A DNA stretch of 64,000 nt, from positions 1,499-65,498 of the forward strand of contig JBFYKH010000071.1 of NCBI GenBank assembly GCA_041306075.1, in the 5' to 3' direction. Positions within the stretch are counted from its first letter, which is position 1, and every line of letters starts with the position of its first letter. Positions 17,797-26,434 of this stretch are shown piece after piece. The position numbers and the translations under genes are program-made. This DNA comes from Candidatus Altiarchaeota archaeon. Its GTDB lineage: Archaea > Altiarchaeota > Altiarchaeia > IMC4 > SCGC-AAA252-I15. The notes beneath the pieces are model-generated. The model ran no database searches, was not told the origin of the DNA, and saw only the letters and a program-made list of their open reading frames with translations.

Positions 17797-18775
17797 CGAC
17801 TATCTCCCAGTCGTGCTCGGAGAGCTGCCTCCTGTGTATTATCTTGTGGCCGTCGGTCTCCAGGCCGCGGGGTATGTCCTTGAGCGCCTCCCTGGTGTTG
17901 ACGACCACCCTCAGGACCTGCTCTATGCGGAGGCCGTCGATGGCCTCCTTCACCTTCAGGAAGTCGACGGGGGTGCCGTATTCCCTGAGGTCCAGTTCCC
18001 GGTCGACGGTGTAGTCCTCGTAGTATTCGCCCTTGATGTACGCCTTCGTCCTCTCGTGCTTAGGGTTGTGGAAGAGCTCCTTGGCGGGGCCGTGCTCGAT
18101 GAGGCTGCCAAGGTACAGGTATATGACGTGGTCTGCGAGCCTCTTGGCCTGGTGTATGTTGTGGGTGCTCATGATTATCGTGTAGTCGCGGCCGAGCCTC
18201 ATAATCTGGTCCTCTATCTTCCTCGACGACACGGGGTCGAGCGCGCTCGTCGCCTCGTCGCACAAGAGCACCTTCGGCTTGACGGCGAGGAGCCTCGCCA
18301 GGCTGAGCCGCTGCTGCTGGCCTATCGACAGCCTCGCCGCCGGCTCCCCGAGCCTGTTCTTGAGCTCGTCCCACAGCGCCGCGTTTACCAGGCTCTCTTT
18401 GACTAACCCGTCCAGGACGGCCTTGTCGCCCTCGCCGTGTATCCTCGGGCCGTATGCGACGTTGTCGTATATGGACATCGGCAGCGGGGAGGGCTTCTGC
18501 GTTATCATCCCCACCTTCGTCCTCAGCTCGGTCACGTCCACGGAGTCCTCGAGTATGTTCTCCCCCTCAAACATTATCCGCCCCCTCGCCTTCAGGCCCT
18601 CGTTGAAGTCTATGAACCTGTTGAAGCAGCGAAGGAAAATCGTCTTGCCCGAGCCGGAGGGCCCTATTACGCACACAATCTTCCGCTCAGGTATCTCGAG
18701 GCTGATGTCCTTCAGGAGCACCCCCTCCCTCGCGCTGACGGAGAGGCCTTCGACCCGTATTATCTCGCCGGTCAT
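17780..18775 (-). CDS. pstB: Phosphate ABC transporter ATP-binding protein PstB with a C-terminal TusA-like (Cys-less) domain
   Basis: Residues 1-255 are a typical PstB (Walker A GPSGSGKT, signature LSIGQQQRL, Walker B LLCDEATSALD). Residues 256-331 follow the TusA fold pattern (LDLREYGTPVDF...LRVVVNTREALKDIPRGLETDGHKII...WEIVVRK), with Thr in place of the catalytic Cys. Confidence 0.85.
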   Translation of the reverse strand: MTGEIIRVEGLSVSAREGVLLKDISLEIPERKIVCVIGPSGSGKTIFLRCFNRFIDFNEGLKARGRIMFEGENILEDSVDVTELRTKVGMITQKPSPLPMSIYDNVAYGPRIHGEGDKAVLDGLVKESLVNAALWDELKNRLGEPAARLSIGQQQRLSLARLLAVKPKVLLCDEATSALDPVSSRKIEDQIMRLGRDYTIIMSTHNIHQAKRLADHVIYLYLGSLIEHGPAKELFHNPKHERTKAYIKGEYYEDYTVDRELDLREYGTPVDFLKVKEAIDGLRIEQVLRVVVNTREALKDIPRGLETDGHKIIHRRQLSEHDWEIVVRKSE

Positions 18776-19623
18776 ACTACCCTGTTCCTCCTCGACGCCC
18801 TACCGAGCATCCTCGCGGCTGACGTTAGTACTAGTATGACGGCCAATAAAATCACGGCGGAGGCGTAGGCCCTCTCCTGCACCCCCTGGAAGGGGGTTCC
18901 GAACTGGAAGAATATGGCGAGGGGCAGGGACGCGGCCGGCTCCATGAGGGACGTCGGAATCTTGTCGGTGTATCCGGCGGTGAAGAGGATGGATGCGGCG
19001 TCGCCTATCCCCCGGCCGAACGCGATGATGACGCCCGTCAATATCCCGGGCGCCGCCTGCCTGAGCGTCACCGACCAGGTGGTCTCGAACCTCGTGGCGC
19101 CCACGGCATACGACACCTCCTTCAGCTCCTGCGGCACGGTCTGCAGTATCTCGTCTATGGAGCGCGTCATGATGGGGAAGACGACGAAGGCGAGCGATAT
19201 TATGCCCCCGAGGAGCGAAGCCCTCAGGCCGACGGAAAGCATGATGATGAAGCCGAAGGCGCCGTAGACTATGGACGGCACCCCCCATAGTATGTCCAGG
19301 ACGAGCCTCACAGCCTCCGCCCACCTGCCGCCCCCGCTGTATTCCCTCTGGAGGAAAAGCGCGGTCGGCAGGCTCATCACGAAGGCGAGGGCCGTCCCCC
19401 CGGCCGCCAGGTATATCGAGCCGACTATCGCGTTCAGGACCCCTCCCCCGCCGCCCAGGTAGAACCCGCTCCTCGGGGTCTCAGTCACCATCTCGACGCT
19501 GAGCGCGGGCAGGCCCTTCAGGAGGACGGCGGCAATCATCGCCAGGAGGCATAGGAGGACCAGGCTCACGGACAGGAGCCCCGCGGCCTTGAACGCCTCC
19601 TCATTGAGCCTCCTCCACTCCAT
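18772..19623 (-). CDS. pstA: Phosphate ABC transporter permease PstA
   Basis: 283-aa permease carrying the ABC transmembrane EAA-like motif. The start was set at MEWRRLNEE, with an ATGA overlap with the pstC stop. The ORF-track N-terminal extension is artefactual. Confidence 0.85.
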   Translation of the reverse strand: MEWRRLNEEAFKAAGLLSVSLVLLCLLAMIAAVLLKGLPALSVEMVTETPRSGFYLGGGGGVLNAIVGSIYLAAGGTALAFVMSLPTALFLQREYSGGGRWAEAVRLVLDILWGVPSIVYGAFGFIIMLSVGLRASLLGGIISLAFVVFPIMTRSIDEILQTVPQELKEVSYAVGATRFETTWSVTLRQAAPGILTGVIIAFGRGIGDAASILFTAGYTDKIPTSLMEPAASLPLAIFFQFGTPFQGVQERAYASAVILLAVILVLTSAARMLGRASRRNRVV

Positions 19624-20516
19624 CAGTACGCCTCCGCCTTCATCCTCATGAGCAATGCCCTTCCTACCGCGTCGAACGCGACGACTATGACGAGGAGCAG
19701 GAGCGCCGCGAACATCATCGCGGACTCGAAGTCGGGAATCGACATCATCTCCCCGTAGTTGTTGGCTATCAGCGCGGTTAGCGGGTAGACCGGGTCGAAA
19801 GGGCTCGTCGCGTGCATCGCGACGTTGCCCACCACCATGAGGACCGCCATCGTCTCCCCGAAGGCGCGGCTGAAGCCGAGTATGACTGCGGACATGATTC
19901 CCGGCGATGCCTTCCGGAGCACAACCCTCCCGACGGTCTGCAATCTCGTGGCCCCCAGGGCGAAGGACGCCTCCCTGAGGTCCTGCGGGACGGACGCTAT
20001 TATCTCCTCCATTATGGAGAGCATTATCGGCACGACCATCACCGACAAGACCAGCGCCCCGCTCAGTATGCAGTAGCCAGACGTTTCGTACCCGAACGCG
20101 GGCGCGAGGTAGTCCCTCACGAACGGCACGATGAACAGCACTCCCCAGAGGCCGAAGATGACCGACGGTATGCCGGCTAGCGTGTCGATGCCGGACTTCA
20201 CCAGGGAGCGGAACCTGCCGCCGGCATACTCCGCGAGGTATATCGCGCTCATCAGGCAGAGGGGCACGGAGAACAACATTGTGACGAGGGTCACGAGGAG
20301 CGTGCCTGTGATGAAAGGGTAGAACCCGAAGACCCCCCTGGACGGCTTCCACTCGGACGAGAAGAGGAGCTGGGACGGCGTCTCCAGGGAGAGTATGAGC
20401 CCGGACTTCAGGAGGAGGCCGAGCGTTATCAAAGCCAGTATGCTCACGGCGGCCAGCGCGAATATCCGGGTGGCCGCCCCGGCGGCCCTGTCGACCAGTA
20501 TGCTCCTCTTCCTCAT
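19623..20516 (-). CDS. pstC: Phosphate ABC transporter permease PstC
   Basis: Six-TM permease. The start was set at MRKRSILV, overlapping the pstS stop (ATGA). Confidence 0.85.
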   Translation of the reverse strand: MRKRSILVDRAAGAATRIFALAAVSILALITLGLLLKSGLILSLETPSQLLFSSEWKPSRGVFGFYPFITGTLLVTLVTMLFSVPLCLMSAIYLAEYAGGRFRSLVKSGIDTLAGIPSVIFGLWGVLFIVPFVRDYLAPAFGYETSGYCILSGALVLSVMVVPIMLSIMEEIIASVPQDLREASFALGATRLQTVGRVVLRKASPGIMSAVILGFSRAFGETMAVLMVVGNVAMHATSPFDPVYPLTALIANNYGEMMSIPDFESAMMFAALLLLVIVVAFDAVGRALLMRMKAEAY

Positions 20517-21460
20517 CTGAGCTTCTCCGCCTCGGCGGCTATGGCGTCGCCCTTCAGCGGTATGTATCCGGCCGGCAGGACATGGCTTTGCCCCCCCGTC
20601 AGAATCCACGCGATGAAGTCCCGGGTCGCCCCCTCAGGTTTCCCGAGGGTGACGATGTACAGGTCCCGGGCCGGCGGGGACGGAAACACCCCGTCGGCTA
20701 TGGCCTTGACGACGTCCGCCTTGTCCGAGTAGAAGTCCTCGTCAGCCGAGACGACTCCGTCGGAATCCAGGTCCAGGGGCACTATCATCAGATTGCCCAC
20801 CGGCTTCCCGGTCCTGTCGTCGTAGGCGAAGTTGAGGTTGTTGAATCCCATCCCCCTGACGTCCCTTGACACCGCCTCGGCGATGCCCGGGTCGGCGTTG
20901 ACCCCGACGCCCACCAGGTCCTCCTGCTTGACGCCGAGGTATTTACCCCAGACCTCCGCGGCGCCGCATGAATCCGAGCGCACATAGACTGAAATCCTGT
21001 CCTTCACGTCCGGCCTGCCGGAGAGCATACCCCATTCGGCGACGCCGCCGGTGACGAACACGCCCTTGAACTCCTCAGCCTTTACGCCGCGCCTGGCGAT
21101 GTCCGCCGCCACGGGGTTGCCCCGGTTCATGGTCGGGAGGACTGCGTCCTTGGCGACCGCGATGGGGTAGGCGCCCTTGCCGGTCTCGGACTCGTCGATG
21201 TCCCTCGACACCATCCCGATGTCCACGAGGCCGCCGAGCGCGTCCGCCATCCCCTTGCCCGCGCCGCCGGCGTTGACTTCGATGCTCACGCCGGGGTTCG
21301 CCTTCTGGTACTCGTCAGCCCACTTCACCATCAGGGGATACAGGGCCCACGCGCCAGAGACCCTCACGGTCTCCTTCGGCTCGGCCCCGCCGCCTGAAAG
21401 GAAGAGGGCGGCCCCGAAAGTCAAGACAACGCACACTGCCAGGATAATCTTCCAGTCCAT
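20513..21460 (-). CDS. pstS: Phosphate-binding protein PstS (periplasmic-binding-protein fold, N-terminal signal anchor)
   Basis: 315 aa with an N-terminal TM/signal segment and PBP-type motifs (GAGKGM, SRDI). First gene of the pstSCAB operon. Confidence 0.85.
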   Translation of the reverse strand: MDWKIILAVCVVLTFGAALFLSGGGAEPKETVRVSGAWALYPLMVKWADEYQKANPGVSIEVNAGGAGKGMADALGGLVDIGMVSRDIDESETGKGAYPIAVAKDAVLPTMNRGNPVAADIARRGVKAEEFKGVFVTGGVAEWGMLSGRPDVKDRISVYVRSDSCGAAEVWGKYLGVKQEDLVGVGVNADPGIAEAVSRDVRGMGFNNLNFAYDDRTGKPVGNLMIVPLDLDSDGVVSADEDFYSDKADVVKAIADGVFPSPPARDLYIVTLGKPEGATRDFIAWILTGGQSHVLPAGYIPLKGDAIAAEAEKLR

Positions 21461-21525
21461 ACACTATACAATCGTCCGCCTAACTTAAAACAGCATATTA
21501 TTTACCCGAATTCCCCATTTATCTC

Positions 21526-22164
21526 ATGGTGTTCGGGAGGCGCGGCCAAGGCGGCATGGAGTACATGGGCTCATACGGCTGGGCCGTACTCGTCGTAATC
21601 GTGGTGGGGATAGCCATGTACTCCTTCGGGATACTGAACTGGAATCCCGTGGCTTCGCCGACATCCTCCGGCTTCATGGAGCTTATGCCTTTCCTGCCGA
21701 CCGCGCAGATACGGGACCATGTTTGGAACGACGGAGCGGCGGACTACAACGGCTTCATGGTGCAGTTCGTGAACGCGGGCGGCGCAGCAGTCAGGATAAC
21801 CGACATCATCGCCGAGGTCAACAGCGGGACCTGCGACTTCCAGGAGGTCCTTATCGAGCCCAACGTCGTGGTGATGCCCCAGTCGATTTTCGGCCCTAAC
21901 AACTGTTTCACGGTGACGGGCGGCGTATGGGCGCTGTGCACATCCGTCCAGGACAGCATGGTCTCCAAGGACGAGTCTTTCAGGGTGCTCACAATGACCC
22001 AGGACGGGGCTGGGGGCGTGACGCCGTGCGAGCATATATCTGTCAGCGGAAAATACGAGGTCGAACTCCAGATAGGATACGGGTTGTCCGTCGGCGATAT
22101 GGGCGTGAACACCGCGGACAAATACAGTTCGGGCAAGATAATACTCTCCGGCACATCGAAGTAA
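21526..22164 (+). CDS. Secreted protein with a class-III (type IV pilin-like) signal peptide
   Basis: N-terminus MVFGRRG|QGGMEYMGSYGWAVLVVIVVGIAMY. A basic stretch is followed by G|Q, Glu sits at +5, and a 20-residue hydrophobic helix follows. This pattern is typical of archaeal prepilin-peptidase substrates. Confidence 0.45.
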   Translation: MVFGRRGQGGMEYMGSYGWAVLVVIVVGIAMYSFGILNWNPVASPTSSGFMELMPFLPTAQIRDHVWNDGAADYNGFMVQFVNAGGAAVRITDIIAEVNSGTCDFQEVLIEPNVVVMPQSIFGPNNCFTVTGGVWALCTSVQDSMVSKDESFRVLTMTQDGAGGVTPCEHISVSGKYEVELQIGYGLSVGDMGVNTADKYSSGKIILSGTSK

Positions 22165-22177
22165 ACACGGTGAAACA

Positions 22178-22333
22178 ATGGGCATGAGCAAGAAGGACCT
22201 TTCGAAGGCGAGGGCGAAGCTGAAGGCGAGGATAGAGGAGCTCGAGGAGAAGGTCCGGGTGGACCCCCTGAAGAGGAACCCGAGGAACCACGAGGAGCTG
22301 GCGAAATTAAAGCGGGAGCTCGAGGCCACCTAG
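22178..22333 (+). CDS. Possible small coiled-coil protein (51 aa)
   Basis: Unlisted short ORF (MGMSKKDLSKARAKLKARIEELEEKVRVDPLKRNPRNHEELAKLKRELEAT) with a heptad-like charged pattern. It is antisense to no real gene. Weak. Confidence 0.22.
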   Translation: MGMSKKDLSKARAKLKARIEELEEKVRVDPLKRNPRNHEELAKLKRELEAT

Positions 22334-22424
22334 GATTCTGATGGACGGGCACAGCCCCCTGTGGCTGCCTGTTGGCCGGCTGATTCAACAGCCTGTCCGC
22401 GTTTCATCCTGCGCAGGCGGCGTT

Positions 22425-23519
22425 TTACTTCAGCCTTCTTGCTATGTGCCCCGCCAGCAGCATGTGGTCTGCAAGGACGAGGCTCATCATCGCCTCAACC
22501 ACCGGCACCGCCCTCGGGATGATGCAGGGGTCGTGCCTGCCCTCGATTTCTATGTACGCATTCCTGCCGGCGTTCAGGTCCACCGTCCTCTGCCTCCTCC
22601 TTATGGACGCCGTCGGCTTGAAGGCCACCCTCACAAAGACCGGCATGCCGTTGGAGATTCCGCCCTGGATTCCGCCGCTGTTGTTGCTCCTCGTCCTGAC
22701 GGCCCCCCCCTCATAGCAGAACTCGTCGTTGACGGCGCTGCCCCTCATCGAGGCGGCTTCGAACCCGATGCCGAACTCCACCCCCCTGGCGGCCGGGATG
22801 GACATCAGTGCGCCGGCGATGTCAGCGGTCAGCTTCCCGAACACCGGCTCCCCGAGCCCGGCGGGCAGGTTGTATGCCGCGCACTCGACGACGCCACCGA
22901 GCGAGTCGCCGCCCCTCACAGCCTCCCTGACCTCGGCCTCCATCCTGGCCGAGTCCTCCATGCTGAGAGCCCTAGCCTTGTTCGCGTCGATGAGGTCCCT
23001 TATGCCCTTGACCGGGGCGTCCAGCGACTCCTTCGACTTCGCGGCGCCTATCTGCTTGGCGTATGCCACGACATCTATCCCGTGGCTCATGAGGAGCTTC
23101 GCCGCGACGGCTCCCGCCGCGACCCGGCCTACGGTCTCCCTCGCGGAGCTTCTGCCGCCGCCGCGCCAGTCCACGTGGCCGTACTTCATCCTCCACGCGT
23201 AGTCGGCGTGGCCCGGCCTCGGCTTACTCATGATGTCGCGGTACCTGCTAGAGTCCGCATCGGTGTTCCTGACGACGACAGCTATCGGCGTCCCGAGCGT
23301 CCTGCCCTCGAAGACGCCCGACAAAACCTCGGCTTTGTCGGCCTCCGACCTCCGGGTGGTGAGCTCGCTCTGGCCGGGACGCCTCCTGTCCAACGCCCTC
23401 TGCACGTCCTCGACCGCGAGCTCAAGGCCGCTAGGGCACCCGTCCACGACGCAGCCTACGGCGGCGCCGTGGCTCTCCCCGAACGTCGTCGCCCTGAAGA
23501 GCCTGCCGAACGTGTTCAC
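22425..23519 (-). CDS. aroC: Chorismate synthase
   Basis: 364 aa. N-terminal motif FGESHG and the conserved GRHDPC-like region (IEGRHDPCI). Confidence 0.9.
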   Translation of the reverse strand: MNTFGRLFRATTFGESHGAAVGCVVDGCPSGLELAVEDVQRALDRRRPGQSELTTRRSEADKAEVLSGVFEGRTLGTPIAVVVRNTDADSSRYRDIMSKPRPGHADYAWRMKYGHVDWRGGGRSSARETVGRVAAGAVAAKLLMSHGIDVVAYAKQIGAAKSKESLDAPVKGIRDLIDANKARALSMEDSARMEAEVREAVRGGDSLGGVVECAAYNLPAGLGEPVFGKLTADIAGALMSIPAARGVEFGIGFEAASMRGSAVNDEFCYEGGAVRTRSNNSGGIQGGISNGMPVFVRVAFKPTASIRRRQRTVDLNAGRNAYIEIEGRHDPCIIPRAVPVVEAMMSLVLADHMLLAGHIARRLK

Positions 23520-23572
23520 CGCTTAGAGAATACGGTTCTGCATATTTATCCCTGCGCTACCCATTTTTTTCC

Positions 23573-24937
23573 ATGTCCGACAACGAAATGATACCTGAGG
23601 ACGACCCGGCGCTCGTCTACCACCGCCGGCGGGGCCTGCAGGGCCCCGGGAAGCTTGCGACCGTGATGACGCGGCCTTTCCGCGGCAGGGAGGACCTCTC
23701 TCTGGCTTACACGCCCGGGGTAGCGAAGCCGTGCCTTGCGATACAGCGGGACCCGGACCGGGTCTACGAGTTCACCGGGAAGGGCAACACGGTCGCGGTC
23801 GTGACGGACGGCACAGCCGTCCTCGGGCTCGGCGATATCGGGCCGGCGGCGGGCCTGCCCGTGATGGAAGGCAAATCCATACTCTTCCGCATGCTGTCCG
23901 GCGTCGACTCTTTCCCCCTCTGCCTGAACACCAAGGACCCGGACAGGATAGTCGAGGCCGTGAAGGCGATAGAGCCCGGGATAGGCGGCGTCAACCTCGA
24001 GGACATCAGCGCACCACGCTGCTTCGAAGTGGAGCGGCGGCTGAAGGAGGCGATGGGCGTGCCGGTGTTCCACGACGACCAGCACGGGACTGCCGTCGTG
24101 ACTCTCGCCGGCCTCATAAATTCGCTCTCCGTCGTCGGCAAGAGGATATCGGACGTCAGGATAGTCTTCAACGGCGCCGGGGCGGCCGGGATGGCCTGCG
24201 CCAAATTCTACATGGCGGCCGGCGTCAGGGACGTGATACTCTGCGACACCAAGGGGACCATCTACGAGGGCCGCACTGAGGGGATGAACCCCTACAAGGA
24301 CGAGATAGCCAAGGTCACGAACAGGGAGGACATACGTGGGACGCTCGCGGACGCGATGAAGGGGGCGGACATATTCGCGGGCATGTCCGCCGGCAACGTC
24401 GTTTCCGAAGACATGGTGCGGTCCATGGCGGACCGCGCCATCGTATTCGCCTGCGCGAATCCCGTGCCGGAGATAATGCCCGAGAAGGCGAAGGCCGCGG
24501 GGGCGATGGTCGTTGCGACCGGCCGCTCAGACTACCCGAACCAGGTTAACAACGTCCTCGGCTTCCCTGGCATATTCCGGGGGGCGCTCGACACCAGGGC
24601 GAGGGACATCAACCACGAGATGAAGCTCGCCGCGGCGTACGCCCTGGCAGGGCTCGTCTCCGAGGAGGAGCTTGCGGAAGGAAAGGTGATTCCCGCGCCG
24701 CTCGACCCGAGGGTGGCGCCGGCCGTCGCGTCGGCAGTCGCAATCGCCGCCATGAAGAGCGGCGTCGCAAGGCTGACGGTGGATCCGAAGGACGTCGAAC
24801 GCCACACCCGCGAGATGGTGGACGAGGCCCGAAGGCTCGCGGCGGTTCTGAACCCGGAAGCGCTCAGGATGCTCGAGCCGGACGCGCCCCGGACTGGCGC
24901 CAGGAGGGGGGCCGGATGGAAGAACAGGCTGAAGTGA
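23573..24937 (+). CDS. NAD(P)-dependent malic enzyme (oxaloacetate-decarboxylating malate dehydrogenase)
   Basis: 454 aa. Malic enzyme signatures (LSLAYTPGVA, VFHDDQHGTA) and a Rossmann motif (GAGAAG). Confidence 0.9.
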   Translation: MSDNEMIPEDDPALVYHRRRGLQGPGKLATVMTRPFRGREDLSLAYTPGVAKPCLAIQRDPDRVYEFTGKGNTVAVVTDGTAVLGLGDIGPAAGLPVMEGKSILFRMLSGVDSFPLCLNTKDPDRIVEAVKAIEPGIGGVNLEDISAPRCFEVERRLKEAMGVPVFHDDQHGTAVVTLAGLINSLSVVGKRISDVRIVFNGAGAAGMACAKFYMAAGVRDVILCDTKGTIYEGRTEGMNPYKDEIAKVTNREDIRGTLADAMKGADIFAGMSAGNVVSEDMVRSMADRAIVFACANPVPEIMPEKAKAAGAMVVATGRSDYPNQVNNVLGFPGIFRGALDTRARDINHEMKLAAAYALAGLVSEEELAEGKVIPAPLDPRVAPAVASAVAIAAMKSGVARLTVDPKDVERHTREMVDEARRLAAVLNPEALRMLEPDAPRTGARRGAGWKNRLK

Positions 24938-25767
24938 AGGCGCTCGCGAACCTCATACGCTCGTGCGCCACCGGCCTGCCGAAGGACGTCGAGGCCGCAC
25001 TGCGGAAGGCGAGGGACAGGGAGTCCGGCGCGGCGACGAAGACGCTGTCGGCGATTCTCTGGAACGTCCGGCTGGCGAGGGGGAGGTCGGTCCCCCTGTG
25101 CCAGGACACAGGCACGCCCGTGTTCTACGTCACATGTCCCCCGACCGCGGACCGGAAACGCATACGCGAAGCCGTCGCCGAGGCGGTCCGGGCGGCGACG
25201 GCATCGGTGCCCCTCAGGCCCAACGCGGCCGACCCGTTGTCGGGCGTCAACTCGGGAGACAACACCGGCGTCAACACGCCGCCCATCCATTTCGCAGAAT
25301 GGGACGGGGGCTCCGTGCGGTACGAACTCCTCCTGAAGGGCGGGGGCTCGGAGAACGTCACCCGCCTCTACACGCTCCCAGACGACTCACTGTCGGCGGG
25401 GCGGGACATCGGAGGCGTCGAACGGTGCGTCCTGGCCGCCGTCCAAAAGGCGCAGGGCAACGGCTGCCCGCCGTACGTCATAGGTGTCGGCATAGGCGGT
25501 ATGGCGGACTCGTCCATCGCGCTCGCCAAGAGACAGCTCATGCGGGCGGTCGGGGACGTGAACCCGGACGGGGAGTTGAGGGCGTTCGAGAAGAGAGTCC
25601 TCGCCAAAATCAACCGCCTCGGCATAGGCCCCATGGGCCTCGGCGGCAAAACCACGGCGCTGGCCGTTAAGGCGGCAGGGCAGCACCGGCACCCGGCATC
25701 TTACTTCGTTGCGGTCTCGTTCGGCTGCTGGGCCCTCAGGCGGGGGGCAGTGGAGGCGAAGCCGTGA
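24916..25767 (+). CDS. Fumarate hydratase class I, alpha (N-terminal) subunit
   Basis: 283 aa. Fe-S hydro-lyase alpha signatures (CQDTGTPVF, GGGSEN). Confidence 0.85.
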   Translation: MEEQAEVKALANLIRSCATGLPKDVEAALRKARDRESGAATKTLSAILWNVRLARGRSVPLCQDTGTPVFYVTCPPTADRKRIREAVAEAVRAATASVPLRPNAADPLSGVNSGDNTGVNTPPIHFAEWDGGSVRYELLLKGGGSENVTRLYTLPDDSLSAGRDIGGVERCVLAAVQKAQGNGCPPYVIGVGIGGMADSSIALAKRQLMRAVGDVNPDGELRAFEKRVLAKINRLGIGPMGLGGKTTALAVKAAGQHRHPASYFVAVSFGCWALRRGAVEAKP

Positions 25768-26324
25768 AGCTGAAGACGCCGCTCGACGAGCGCACGGTGA
25801 GGGCTCTTAAGGCGGGCGGCCAGGTGCAGCTCACCGGGACCATAGTCACCGCCCGCGACGCGGCCCACAAACGCCTCGTCCAGGGCGGCAGGCCACCGTT
25901 CAGCCTGAACGTCATCTACCATTGTGGCCCCATCGTCAAGGGCGGCCGCGTAATCTCAGCCGGCCCCACGACGTCGATGCGGGAGGAGCCTTACGAGGCG
26001 GACGTCATACGGGAATACGGCGTCAGGGCTGTGATAGGGAAAGGCGGCATGGGCGAGCGGACGAGGACAGCCCTTATGAGGCACGGCTGCGTCTACCTCG
26101 CAGCCGTCGGCGGCGCCGGCGTCCTCATGGCCGACAGGATACGGCGGGTGAAGGCGGTCCACATGCTCGAGGAACTTGGGCCGACGGAGGCGTTCTGGGC
26201 GCTTGAGGTGGAGGACCTGCCGCTCACGGTAGCGATGGACGCGGCAGGCGGCAGCCTGTACGAACGGGTCGAGGAGGAGTCGCTTCGGCGCATGAAGGCG
26301 TTATTCAACGAGGGCGCGGGTTAG
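25764..26324 (+). CDS. Fumarate hydratase class I, beta (C-terminal) subunit
   Basis: 186 aa. The GTG start overlaps the alpha-subunit stop. Fe-S hydro-lyase beta-type fold (GKGGMG, YLAAVGGAG). Confidence 0.85.
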   Translation: MKLKTPLDERTVRALKAGGQVQLTGTIVTARDAAHKRLVQGGRPPFSLNVIYHCGPIVKGGRVISAGPTTSMREEPYEADVIREYGVRAVIGKGGMGERTRTALMRHGCVYLAAVGGAGVLMADRIRRVKAVHMLEELGPTEAFWALEVEDLPLTVAMDAAGGSLYERVEEESLRRMKALFNEGAG

Positions 26325-26434
26325 CAGCTCCTACTTCCCCCTCAGGGAGTCCCATATCATCCCGAAGCCCAGTTTCATCTCGCTTAGGCCGTAGTCCGTC
26401 ATCGTCTTCCAGAGGCGGAACGTCCCCCTTATGT

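Noticed and set aside
19624-20352. N-terminal 243 aa of ORF 18772-20352 (Arg/His/Gly-rich) preceding the PstA sequence
   Set aside because: It runs antisense or out of frame through pstC. PstA homology starts at MEWRRL (19623).
22341-23591. 416-aa plus-strand ORF
   Set aside because: It is antisense to chorismate synthase (aroC), which has unmistakable motifs.
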